28,232 bases of DNA from Polyangiales bacterium (GTDB lineage Bacteria; Myxococcota_A; Polyangia; Polyangiales; Houyiibacteriaceae), in the NCBI GenBank assembly GCA_045106895.1, contig JBGCFM010000164.1:1-28232 (forward strand), given 5' to 3'. The notes under the pieces were generated by a model that was not told where the DNA came from, ran no database searches, and saw only the letters and a program-made list of their open reading frames with translations. Position 1 is the stretch's first letter, and each line of letters opens with the position of its first letter. Made by a program: the position numbers and the translations under genes. Of the stretch, positions 16,324-25,456 are shown in pieces.

Positions 16324-17784
16324 TTAGATGTCGAGGTCGACGTCGATGTCGTCGGCATCTGCCACGTCGACGGGCGCGGCTTCATCCGCAGCCAAGTCCT
16401 CGAAGGACTCTTCGGGCACAGCTGCCTGAGGGTCTGCGTCGCCCACAGACACGTACTCAGCTTCCACGGCAGGTGCGATTTCGGCGTCCCCCTCTGGCAA
16501 GGGCATCTCGCCGAACTCTTCGACGCTCATCGCTTGAGTCGCGTCTTCTTCCGCGAAGGCGTCCGCTTCCGGCATCGCTTCAACTGCCTCTTCGAGTGCG
16601 ACCTCTTCGACGGCTTCTACCGGTGCATCTTCGACGGAAGCCTCAAACGCGAGCGCTTCGTCTTCAATCGCTTCTTCGGCGGCCGCCTCGACAGCCTCTT
16701 CCGCAGCTTCGAGGGGAGTCTCTTCGGCGGACACGTCTTCGACGGCGACATCTTCGACGGGAGCCTCCTCGACCGGCGCGGCCTCAACGGGAGCCTCGAT
16801 GGCGGCTTCGATGGGAGCAGCAGCAGCAGCGGCAGCCTCTTCGCTTGGACGCGGTGCCGGGGCTACGCGGAGTTCCGGCGAGAGCTCTGGACGAGGCGCC
16901 GAAGCCGGCACGGGAAGAGTTCCCGTCGCGTATTGGAACCAGCCGCTCGACGGACGAGGTTCGGGAGCTTCGGCGCGCGGCCACCAACTTGCGGCGAAGA
17001 CAGGGCGCACCAAGGCGCCGTCTGCCGAACCAAGGGCGACACGAGGCGGGGCTACATCGATGGGGGGTGCCACAACATCCGCTACGACATCCGCTGCGAC
17101 GTCCGCTGCAGGCGGCAACGAATCGAAGGCGTCGCCGACGTCTTCGAACTCTGGCGTTTCATACTCGCTGACCGCTTCTGCGGGCGCTTCAAAGTCCACT
17201 GGCGCCTCAAAGTCCACCGGCGCCTCGACGTCGACGGGTGCTTCGAATTCAGCCGGTGCGGCCGCCACAGCGTCAGCGGCGGGCTCGAACTCCGGCGAAC
17301 CAAACCCGAGGGCGTAGTCGCCATCCGCGGCCTCCACGGCGTCCGCCGCGGGAAATTCCATGGGCTCGTCGAACGCCGCCGCGGGGGCCTCGCTCGCGAA
17401 GCTCACGCTGTCCTGCGCGTCGATGTCCGAGATGTCGACTTCGCCGGTCGCGGGCGCTTCGCCCGTCATGCTTTGACGAGCAAGAACGATTCGCTCGAAG
17501 ACGACCTCGTTGCGCCCGTCGAGCTCAAGGCTCTCCAGAACCGTGTCGTATCGAATCTCGGGCTCACGCCCTTCGCCCCCGTCGTACACCTCGGTGACCA
17601 GACCAAACCCCTCGAGGGCCGTCGACTCATCGGAGAGCAACACGCGGAATCCGACGTGGGTCCCTTGGTCGAACATCGTGGGTCCGTAGAGAATCAGACG
17701 ACCATCATCAACGCGGTCAATGAGGCCCGTCGAGAGTTCCGAGAGGTCTCCGAAATGGGTAGGGACAGTCAGCACATCCGTCAT
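16324..17784 (-). CDS. Hypothetical protein: N-terminal PilZ-like beta domain plus long acidic Ala/Glu/Pro low-complexity region
   Basis: N-terminal ~100 aa (DGRLILYGPTMFDQGTHVGFRVLLSDESTALEGFGLVTEV) resembles myxobacterial PilZ-like domains. EAPVDF repeats follow. ATGA overlap with the xseB stop. Confidence 0.7.
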   Translation of the reverse strand: MTDVLTVPTHFGDLSELSTGLIDRVDDGRLILYGPTMFDQGTHVGFRVLLSDESTALEGFGLVTEVYDGGEGREPEIRYDTVLESLELDGRNEVVFERIVLARQSMTGEAPATGEVDISDIDAQDSVSFASEAPAAAFDEPMEFPAADAVEAADGDYALGFGSPEFEPAADAVAAAPAEFEAPVDVEAPVDFEAPVDFEAPAEAVSEYETPEFEDVGDAFDSLPPAADVAADVVADVVAPPIDVAPPRVALGSADGALVRPVFAASWWPRAEAPEPRPSSGWFQYATGTLPVPASAPRPELSPELRVAPAPRPSEEAAAAAAAPIEAAIEAPVEAAPVEEAPVEDVAVEDVSAEETPLEAAEEAVEAAAEEAIEDEALAFEASVEDAPVEAVEEVALEEAVEAMPEADAFAEEDATQAMSVEEFGEMPLPEGDAEIAPAVEAEYVSVGDADPQAAVPEESFEDLAADEAAPVDVADADDIDVDLDI

Positions 17785-18044
17785 CTGGAAACAGGCTCCT
17801 TTTCGCCGCTCGTAACGCTCGCAACGCGACCGTCCTTGAGTAGTTCTTCGACACGTTCTTCCGCGCTGTCTAAGCGCGCGCTGCCCAGCCGCGAGAGTCG
17901 CACACCTTCCTCGAACGCAGCGAGAGACGCTTCGAGCGAGAGTTCGCCGCCTTCAAGGCGTGCAACGACGCCTTCAAGGTTTGCGAGAACCTCTTCGAAG
18001 GGGGCCTCCGGGGTCGGGGATTGCTTCTCTTTGGCTTGGGCCAC
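17781..18044 (-). CDS. xseB: Exodeoxyribonuclease VII small subunit
   Basis: FEEVLANLEGVVARLEGGELSLEASLAAFEEGVRLSRLGSARLDSAEERVEEL. The start codon (GTG 18044) is uncertain. Confidence 0.95.
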   Translation of the reverse strand: MAQAKEKQSPTPEAPFEEVLANLEGVVARLEGGELSLEASLAAFEEGVRLSRLGSARLDSAEERVEELLKDGRVASVTSGEKEPVSR

Positions 18045-18224
18045 GTGACCGAGACATTGCCGCAGGCCAGGGTCAAAGGTCAATGATTCAAAAGCAGCGT
18101 AGGCCGCAAAACCACGTGGAGCCGCGGCTCAGAGAAGCGCCAACCCAAGGCTAAAGCGAAGGCGAATGGGATTTGGCCCTATTTTTCGTGGGCATCGGAT
18201 GGCCGGCTGCGACGCCCCGCCAGG

Positions 18225-20219
18225 CTAAATGTCTCGTTCCAAGATAGGACGCACATCCGCCGATCCCGCCTGAAGATCGGGAACGAAGAGCTCACCACCG
18301 GCCAAGGTGCGCTGTAGTCTCATCTCTCCCGAGGGGAGCTCAATCAGGCAAAGCACGCCCTCAGGCGCCTGTTCGGCCTCCACGCGAAAGCGGAGAACCC
18401 GCTGACCTTGGGCGCCCCCACCGCCGGACCAAGCCAAACGAACGACGGGGTCGTAGGCGATCCGGCGCCGCCTCAGGGCCTCGGGAGAGTCCGCCGCGCC
18501 AAGCGCCGCCAAGGCACGCGCAATGAACCGCCGCCGCGCAGCATCCTCGCTTCGATCGTAGGCCGCGAAGAGCGTGGGTATCGCGGCGCGCTCTTCCAAG
18601 CGGACGATCGCATCAAGGGCGGCACGCACGGTGGGCTCCCAGCCATCGTGGAGAGCGCGTCGCAATCGCCTGCGTTCACGCACGCCGACTGAGCCTTGAG
18701 CAAAGGAGCGAAAGATCGCCGCTTGAGCATGAGGCTCAGCGGCAAAGCGACGCACGGCGCGCTCTGGGATCTGCGTGTGGTGGCGGCGTGCAGCGTCCAC
18801 CAAACGCCGAAACGACTCGATGTCCTCCTCTTCGCGCAACGCCTCATAAATGGCGGAGCCGCTCCTGCTGCCGACCAAACCAAGACCCGTCGCTGCCCAT
18901 GCACGAATCGACGCATCGCCATCCTCGAGGCGAGCCTCCAGCAATGGAATGACTTCTTCGTCTCCTGCTAGGGCGCGGAGAACAAGGTTTCGCGCCGACG
19001 CGGGACCACGTGTGGGGAGGGCGCGGAGCGCAGCCAGCCCAGCGCGGCGAATTCGCGCGCCAAAGGGCCAGCGTCGAAGGCACACGGCGATGGCTCGCTG
19101 CGCGTCTCGGTCCGTGCGAAACTCAAGAAGCACCGGAAGACCGGCGCCGTCCTCCGCCTCTGCCAGGGCCGAGAGCGCTTCTTCGCGTCGTGAACCCTCG
19201 CGAACGAGACCATGGAGCACCGGCACGAGATCCGCGCGCGGCATCTCCAGCGCGATGCTGGAGGCGAGGAGCGCGAGGTCGGGATCGTTTCCGCTCGCGT
19301 ACGAAACGATCTGGGCGACGCCACGCGGCGCGTCGACGCGGAGAAGTGCCTTGAGCAAAAGCGGCGGGTGGACGCCGCGTTCAAGTCCTGCCGCGAGCGC
19401 CTCGGCGTCCGCCGGTCCTGCGAGTGACGCGAGCGCTTCCCACGCGACGTTGACAACACTCGGGTCCGCATCACCGGTCGCGATTCGTACTGTATTTCGC
19501 GCGCGATCGTCGCCTAACTCACCCAGCGCTTGAATCGCGCTCGCGCGAACCGAAGCCACAGCGTGACTTACCGCGGCGACGAGCTCCGGCAGCGCGCTCG
19601 CGTCGCCGAGCTCGCCGAGTGCACGAAGAACGGGGACGCTCGGCGATTCACGAGCTCGCCGACGAAGCAGTGGCACCGCCGCGACTCCCGCCAATGCGAT
19701 GCCTTCCCTCGCCGCTCGAATCCGGTCGGCACGATCCAGACCGGCAACCAACGCTTCGATTCCCGCGGGCTCGCGCAAAGACCCAATTGCATGAGCGATG
19801 GCCTCCAGGCCCGCACGTGCAGACGCGGTGAACGACTCCGCGAGGACCGCGCCGGACGATGGGTTGCCGTGGAACGCCAGGGATTCGGCGATGGCCGCGC
19901 GTACCAGACCGTTCGCTTCTCGCGGGAGAGCCGCCTCAAGCGCTTCGACGGCCTGTCGAGGGTCACCCGTGCCGCGCAGGTCCTCCGCTGCTGCCATTCG
20001 CTCACTTGGGGTCCCATGTTCGAGTCGCCAGCGCGCCTGCGCGCCGCGGAGCCGGGCGGCGAGGCGGCCACGCAGCTCTGGTGACTGTTGGGAGATGTCC
20101 GGGTTGCCCTCGGCGATCAGTGGAAACTGGGCGACTGCGTCCGCGGAATACGCGGCTAGAATCAGCGCTCCGAGGAGAAAAAATGGAACTCGAGACGCGG
20201 CGCCCATGCCTGCGGACAT
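18225..20219 (-). CDS. HEAT-repeat (PBS lyase-like) protein with signal peptide
   Basis: Repeated units such as VRAAIAESLA, VRASAIQALGELGD and IRAWAATGLGLVG. N-terminal hydrophobic signal FFLLGALILAAYSADAVA. The start may be the second ATG at 20207. Confidence 0.8.
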   Translation of the reverse strand: MSAGMGAASRVPFFLLGALILAAYSADAVAQFPLIAEGNPDISQQSPELRGRLAARLRGAQARWRLEHGTPSERMAAAEDLRGTGDPRQAVEALEAALPREANGLVRAAIAESLAFHGNPSSGAVLAESFTASARAGLEAIAHAIGSLREPAGIEALVAGLDRADRIRAAREGIALAGVAAVPLLRRRARESPSVPVLRALGELGDASALPELVAAVSHAVASVRASAIQALGELGDDRARNTVRIATGDADPSVVNVAWEALASLAGPADAEALAAGLERGVHPPLLLKALLRVDAPRGVAQIVSYASGNDPDLALLASSIALEMPRADLVPVLHGLVREGSRREEALSALAEAEDGAGLPVLLEFRTDRDAQRAIAVCLRRWPFGARIRRAGLAALRALPTRGPASARNLVLRALAGDEEVIPLLEARLEDGDASIRAWAATGLGLVGSRSGSAIYEALREEEDIESFRRLVDAARRHHTQIPERAVRRFAAEPHAQAAIFRSFAQGSVGVRERRRLRRALHDGWEPTVRAALDAIVRLEERAAIPTLFAAYDRSEDAARRRFIARALAALGAADSPEALRRRRIAYDPVVRLAWSGGGGAQGQRVLRFRVEAEQAPEGVLCLIELPSGEMRLQRTLAGGELFVPDLQAGSADVRPILERDI

Positions 20220-20287
20220 TATCCCGGGGACTCCGAGACATCAACGGCGCGCCTTGATCGGCCTCAGGGATTGTGCTGAATCGCGAT

Positions 20288-22138
20288 GTGAGCGAAGCAA
20301 ATACAACGGCCGAAGAGAACCAACAAGACGCGGAAGTCGTCTTTCCACCGGTGGACACGACGTCCCCACAGCTCACCGTCCGCGCCATAATTACAGGCAT
20401 GGTCCTGGGGGCCTTGCTCTCCTTCGTCAACATCTACACCGGCCTGAAGATCGGCTGGGGCTTCAACATGTCCATCACGGCGATGTTGCTGAGCTTCGGG
20501 TTCTACAAGGCCCTCGAGAAGTCCGGCGGGCGCCCGTGGGGCCTCCTCGAGAACAACATCAGCCAGACGGCGGCGTCCGCCGGCGCCAACATCAGCTCGG
20601 CGGGCCTCGTCGCGCCGATTCCCGCCCTGACGATGATCACAGGCGCGACCTTCGCGTGGCACATCCTCGCAACGTGGACCTTCGCCGTCGCCTTCGTTGG
20701 CGTTGTCGTCGCCGTGGGCCTTCGTCGACAGATGCTCATCGTCGACAAGCTCCCCTTCCCTTCGGGAATCGCGTCGGCGGAGACCATCAAACAGATGTAC
20801 GCCGAAGGCAAAGAGGCGATGACCCGCGTCAAAGCGCTACTCATCGGCGGCCTCTTTGGCGGTGTGGTCAAGATGGTCATTCACCTCGCGAAGTGGAAAA
20901 AGTGGGGCCTCCCCGGGAGCGTCGCCGCCGGGACCAGTACGGCGGGGACGAGCGCCTACACCTTCAGCAACCTCGGCTTCGCCCTCGACCCCAGTCCGCT
21001 CATGGTCGCCGTCGGCGCCATCATTGGCATTCGCGCCGGCGCGTCCATGATGATCGGCGCAGTACTGGCGTGGGGTTTCCTTGCACCGATGGCGTTGGAC
21101 GCCGGATGGGCTGAGCCCGGCGCGCTGGAAGCCGGCAAGAGCTGGTTTGGTTCCATCAACAAGTGGATGCTCTGGCCCGGCGTCGCGTTGATGGTGACAT
21201 CGTCGCTGACGAGCTTCGCGTTCTCCTGGCGCTCCATCGTCGCAGCGATTCGAGGCGCAACGAAGGCTGCAGGAAGCGGAGAAAAAACCACGGCGCCGGG
21301 CGACGTGCCGCGGAACTGGTTTGTCATCGCCCTCGTCGTCGCTCTCATTCTTGCTTCCGTGACGCAGGTCGCGTTCTTCGACATCCCGCTGTGGGTCGCG
21401 ATCCTCGCGGTGCTCCTCACGTTCATCCTCGCCATCGTGGCGGGACGCGTGTCCGGCGAGACCGGGATCACGCCCGTCGGGGCCATGGGCAAGGTCACGC
21501 AGCTGACCTTCGGCATCGTCAGCCCCGGAGATGCAGCAAGCAACCTTATGGCGGCCAACGTCACCGGCGGCGCGGCGAGCCAGACCGCGGACCTTTTGCA
21601 TGACATGAAGGCCGGTCTTCTCATCGGCGCGTCCGCTCGACTCCAGGCAGTGGCCCAATTCTTCGGCGTCATGGCGGGAGCCCTTGCAGGCTGCGCCGTG
21701 TACCTCTTCATCATCCCGGACCCTGCGAACCAGCTGCTCACGGATGAGTGGCCTGCGCCCGCCGTTCAAGCGTGGAAGGGCGTGGCAGAGCTCTTCATGG
21801 TCGGCATCGAAGCCATGCCAACGATGGCTGCCCAGGCCATGGGCATCGCCGGACTCGCGGGCATCGTCCTCGCCATCATGGAGAAGGTGTTGCCCAAGCA
21901 CGTGGCGAAGTGGGTGCCCTCCCCCGCGGCGATGGGCATCGCCTTTGTCATCCCCGCTTCCTACTCCATCAGCATGTTCCTCGGCGGGCTCATCTCCCTG
22001 CTAGGCATGAAGTACGCGAAGACCTGGACGAAGCGCTTCTTGATCGTCATCGCCTCTGGAATCGTCGCAGGTGAAGGTCTCGTCGGTGTCGGCATCGCGA
22101 TTTACACCGCCCTCAAGAACATCATGGGCTGGGAGTAA
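20288..22138 (+). CDS. OPT-family oligopeptide / metal-chelate transporter
   Basis: Motifs PQLTVRAIITG, NIYTGLKIGW, LENNISQTAASA, LPFPSGIASA, GETGITPVGAMGKVTQL, DLLHDMKAG, WPAPA and ASGIVAGE. Start is uncertain (20273 or 20288). Confidence 0.95.
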   Translation: MSEANTTAEENQQDAEVVFPPVDTTSPQLTVRAIITGMVLGALLSFVNIYTGLKIGWGFNMSITAMLLSFGFYKALEKSGGRPWGLLENNISQTAASAGANISSAGLVAPIPALTMITGATFAWHILATWTFAVAFVGVVVAVGLRRQMLIVDKLPFPSGIASAETIKQMYAEGKEAMTRVKALLIGGLFGGVVKMVIHLAKWKKWGLPGSVAAGTSTAGTSAYTFSNLGFALDPSPLMVAVGAIIGIRAGASMMIGAVLAWGFLAPMALDAGWAEPGALEAGKSWFGSINKWMLWPGVALMVTSSLTSFAFSWRSIVAAIRGATKAAGSGEKTTAPGDVPRNWFVIALVVALILASVTQVAFFDIPLWVAILAVLLTFILAIVAGRVSGETGITPVGAMGKVTQLTFGIVSPGDAASNLMAANVTGGAASQTADLLHDMKAGLLIGASARLQAVAQFFGVMAGALAGCAVYLFIIPDPANQLLTDEWPAPAVQAWKGVAELFMVGIEAMPTMAAQAMGIAGLAGIVLAIMEKVLPKHVAKWVPSPAAMGIAFVIPASYSISMFLGGLISLLGMKYAKTWTKRFLIVIASGIVAGEGLVGVGIAIYTALKNIMGWE

Positions 22139-22140
22139 AG

Positions 22141-22551
22141 ATGGAACACGTCATGGATGCGGACGCGATCCGCGCGTTCCTTGAGAAAGGCTTTCCCCAA
22201 GCGAAGGACTTCGGGCGCATCGTCGGCCTCGGCGATGAGCAGCTCACCTTTGAGCTGGACACGGAAGAGCGGCATCTGCGGCCCGGCGGTACGGTCTCGG
22301 GCCCCGTGATGATGACGATGGTCGATACCGCCGCCTACTACCTGGTGCTGAGCCTATTGGGGCCGGTAGGCCTCGCCGTCACCACGAGTCTGCACATCGA
22401 CTTTCTGCGGAAGCCGACGCCCGGAACCTTGCTCGCCGAGGCCGAACTCCTGAAGCTTGGGAAGCGCCTCGCCGTCGTGTCCGTGGCCATTTCGCGAGAC
22501 GGCGAGCGATTCGCCCAGGCCTCCGTCACGTACTCTCTTCCTCCACGCTGA
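22141..22551 (+). CDS. PaaI-family hotdog-fold thioesterase
   Basis: Motifs HLRPGGTVSGPVMMTMVD, AVTTSLHIDFLRK and LLKLGKRLAV. Starts 2 nt after the OPT stop. Confidence 0.93.
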   Translation: MEHVMDADAIRAFLEKGFPQAKDFGRIVGLGDEQLTFELDTEERHLRPGGTVSGPVMMTMVDTAAYYLVLSLLGPVGLAVTTSLHIDFLRKPTPGTLLAEAELLKLGKRLAVVSVAISRDGERFAQASVTYSLPPR

Positions 22552-22590
22552 GGGCTACAGGCGCCGGCGCATTTCTGCTAGGGTGTCCGC

Positions 22591-23103
22591 ATGAAGCGAC
22601 GTGAATTTTTGGGCGTATCCGTTGGAATCGCGGGCATTGGCTTGGCGGGCTGCACGGACTTCGCCGACAGCGCGGACTTCGACGCCGGAACCCCAACGGG
22701 CTCTTCGGATTCCGGCCCTGGCATGGATGCGGGTCCGGGTGAGATGGATGCGGGTCCAGGTGAAATGGACGCAGGTCCAGACGAGACGGACGCAGGTCCG
22801 GGTGAGATGGACGCGGGACCAGGTGAGATGGACGCAGGCCCAGCGGCCACTTGCGCCAGCGCCTCGCTGGTGATCGGAGGCGGCCATGGACCTGACCATG
22901 AAGACGGCGGGGAAGGTCCTTCGATGGCGGATGTGGTCGCGGCTGAAGAGCGCACCTACGACATTCGCGGCGTCAGCGCGCACCCCCACACCTACACTCT
23001 GACGGCTGCAAACTTCGCGTCCCTCGCAGCGGGGGAGTCCGTGATGGTCACCTCCTCGGAAGACAACGGTCACACGCACTCGGTGACGATTCAGTGTGTT
23101 TGA
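22591..23103 (+). CDS. Tat-exported lipoprotein with MDAGPGE repeats and His-rich C-terminal domain
   Basis: Twin-arginine MKRREFL, lipobox LAGC, repeat linker, and C-terminal GHGPDH...TYDIRGVSAHPHTY...GHTHSVTIQC. Confidence 0.85.
   Translation: MKRREFLGVSVGIAGIGLAGCTDFADSADFDAGTPTGSSDSGPGMDAGPGEMDAGPGEMDAGPDETDAGPGEMDAGPGEMDAGPAATCASASLVIGGGHGPDHEDGGEGPSMADVVAAEERTYDIRGVSAHPHTYTLTAANFASLAAGESVMVTSSEDNGHTHSVTIQCV
22723..22842 (+). repeat. 21-bp coding tandem repeat (MDAGPGE), about 5.7 copies
   Basis: ATGGAYGCRGGWCCRGGTGAR-like units start at 22723, 22744, 22765, 22786, 22807 and 22828 (partial), with mainly synonymous variation. Confidence 0.9.
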
Positions 23104-23142
23104 GCTAGCTCCTCTTCGTTATCAGCTGTAGGTGGGCACCTA

Positions 23143-25059
23143 ATGGACGGACAGACACCGAAGCCGGCTCCGTGGAGCGTGAAAAAGAGTACCGAGCTCT
23201 ACCAGATCGCTGGCTGGGGCAAGCCCTACTTTCGTTTCAACGAAGCAGGGCACGTGGAGGTCACACCGGACCCACGCCGCGACGGGAAGATCGACCTCTA
23301 CGAGCTGACCAAGCAGCTCCAGATGCGCGGCCTGGACCTGCCTCTGCTGATTCGCTTTCCCAACATCCTCCAGCATCGCATTCACCTACTGAACGATTGC
23401 TTTGGGCGGGCCATCCGCGAGTCGGAATATCCAGGGCGGTACCGCGGGGTCTTCCCCATTAAGGTCAATCAACAGCGCCACCTCATCGACGAAATTGTCA
23501 GCGCGGGAAAAGAGTTCGACTACGGACTTGAGGCGGGCAGCAAGCCGGAGCTGCTCATCGCGCTCTCTTCGATGCAAGACGAAGACGGTCTTATTATCTG
23601 CAATGGATACAAGGACCGCACGTACATTGAGACCGCGCTCATCGCTCAGCGTTTCGACAACCAAGTCATCATCGTGTTGGAGAGACCCGATGAGATCGAC
23701 CTGGTGCTCGAAGTCAGCGAACGACTGGGCATTCGGCCAACCCTCGGCGTACGCGCCAAGCTCTCTAGCCGAGGCATGGGCCGCTGGGCAGAGTCCGCGG
23801 GAGACCGGGCGAAATTTGGTCTGACGACGAGCGACATGGTGCGCGTCGTCGATGAGCTGGCGAAGCGCGACATGCTCGACTGTCTCCAACTGCTGCATTT
23901 TCACATCGGCTCCCAGGTCTCCAGCATCATCCCCTGGAAGAACGCATTCCGTGAGTCCTCTCATCTTTACGTCGAGCTCGTCCGCATGGGCGCTGGTATG
24001 CGTTACCTCGATGTCGGCGGCGGGCTCGCCGTCGACTACGACGGGTCCAAAACAGACTTTCGTGGGTCCATGAACTACGGCGCCCAGGAATACGCCTACG
24101 ACGTTGTCGCCTCCATCCAGGACGCATGCGACAAAGCGAAGGTCCCCTGCCCCACCATCGTCAGCGAGAGCGGGCGCGCCGTCGCGGCCTACCAGAGCGT
24201 ACTTGTTTTCGATGCTGTGGGTGAGAGTCACGAGGAACGCGACCAAGCTCCGGAGCCCGCGGAAGATGCGCACCGCGTCATCTTGGAGTTGTACGAGACG
24301 TGGAAGGGCATCCAGCCGAAGAACGTCCAAGAAGCTTGGCACGACGCGAGCCAGACCCTGGAGGAGGCGCGAAGCCTCTTTAAGTTTGGGTACCTCGGGC
24401 TTCGGGAACTCGCCGCCGTGGAGCGTTTGTTCTGGGCGTGCTGTGAACGCATTCGAAAACGAAAAGCAAACCTCAAACACGTCCCCGAGGAGCTTCAGAA
24501 CATCGAGGAGCTCCTCGGCACGATCTACTACTGCAACATGTCCATCTTTCAGAGCGCGCCAGACATCTGGGCGATGGACCAGCTCTTTCCCTTTGTGCCG
24601 ATCCATCGCTTGGACGAAAAGCCCACAGTGAAAGCTCGCCTTGCGGACCTCACCTGCGACAGCGACGGCATCGTTGAGAACTTCATCGATGTCGAAGAGG
24701 TTCAGAGCGCCCTCGACGTGCACCCGACGGTGCCGGGTGAGCCTTATATTCTCGGCATGTTCCTCGGCGGCGCCTACCAGGAGACCCTCGGCGACCTGCA
24801 CAATCTCTTCGGAGATACGAACGCCGTGCACGTTCGCCTCGAGGACTACGGCTATAGCGTGGCTCATGTGATCCGTGGCGACTCCATCGAACAAGTCCTC
24901 GGCTATCTTCAGCACAACCCGGAAGAAATGGTCGAGTCGGTGCGAAAGCAAGCGGAAGGCGCCCTCAACGCCGGCCGAATGACCCTTGAGCAGCTACGCA
25001 TCTTCATGCGGCACTACGAAGAGAGCCTTCGTGGTTACACCTACCTGAAGAGCGATTGA
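23143..25059 (+). CDS. speA: Biosynthetic arginine decarboxylase
   Basis: PLP-lysine motif FPIKVNQ plus GLEAGSKPEL, ICNGYKD, HFHIGSQ, DVGGGLAVDYDGS, SESGRA, DLTCDSDG and GAYQETLGDLHNLFG. 638 aa. Confidence 0.97.
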   Translation: MDGQTPKPAPWSVKKSTELYQIAGWGKPYFRFNEAGHVEVTPDPRRDGKIDLYELTKQLQMRGLDLPLLIRFPNILQHRIHLLNDCFGRAIRESEYPGRYRGVFPIKVNQQRHLIDEIVSAGKEFDYGLEAGSKPELLIALSSMQDEDGLIICNGYKDRTYIETALIAQRFDNQVIIVLERPDEIDLVLEVSERLGIRPTLGVRAKLSSRGMGRWAESAGDRAKFGLTTSDMVRVVDELAKRDMLDCLQLLHFHIGSQVSSIIPWKNAFRESSHLYVELVRMGAGMRYLDVGGGLAVDYDGSKTDFRGSMNYGAQEYAYDVVASIQDACDKAKVPCPTIVSESGRAVAAYQSVLVFDAVGESHEERDQAPEPAEDAHRVILELYETWKGIQPKNVQEAWHDASQTLEEARSLFKFGYLGLRELAAVERLFWACCERIRKRKANLKHVPEELQNIEELLGTIYYCNMSIFQSAPDIWAMDQLFPFVPIHRLDEKPTVKARLADLTCDSDGIVENFIDVEEVQSALDVHPTVPGEPYILGMFLGGAYQETLGDLHNLFGDTNAVHVRLEDYGYSVAHVIRGDSIEQVLGYLQHNPEEMVESVRKQAEGALNAGRMTLEQLRIFMRHYEESLRGYTYLKSD

Positions 25060-25187
25060 GGGCCTCTCGGAAGATTTTTCAAACTTTTCCGAAGCTGAGG
25101 TGTCTTCAGCCTGCGGACCGGCGCATTGACGCTGCCTCCAAGACGTTCATTCTCCGCCCGTAGCGCGGCCACCTATAGGATTTTCCG

Positions 25188-25427
25188 ATGACCTCGATGA
25201 AGCACTTCTTTCTCAGCACTCTCTTCGCTCTCGGAGTTTCCCTCGCGCCCGTCGCCGTGGGCTGCAGCGGTGAAGCTGCGCATGATCACGACCACGACCA
25301 TGAGCACGCAAACTACGTGTGCCCAATGCACCCTGAGGTGCATCAAGAAGAGCCTGGCGATTGCTCCATCTGCGGCATGCCCCTCGAAGAAGAATCCGCA
25401 GAAGAGCACGAAGAGCACTCGCACTAG
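25188..25427 (+). CDS. Small lipoprotein with heavy-metal-binding domain (YxCPMHP..CxxCGM) and His/Asp tract
   Basis: Lipobox AVGC, then HDHDHDHEH and [24 protein letters not shown]. Confidence 0.9.
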   Translation: MTSMKHFFLSTLFALGVSLAPVAVGCSGEAAHDHDHDHEHANYVCPMHPEVHQEEPGDCSICGMPLEEESAEEHEEHSH

Positions 25428-25456
25428 TCCGCGCTCAAGTCGCAGCTCCGTGCGGC

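Noticed and set aside
22723..22842. 21-bp repeats as a CRISPR-like or non-coding array
   Set aside because: They are in frame within a lipoprotein gene, vary mostly at third codon positions, and have no spacers.
25067..25092. Hairpin TCGGAAGA...TTTTCCGA after speA as a terminator
   Set aside because: The stem is imperfect, the loop is long and no U-tract follows, so it is too weak to call.
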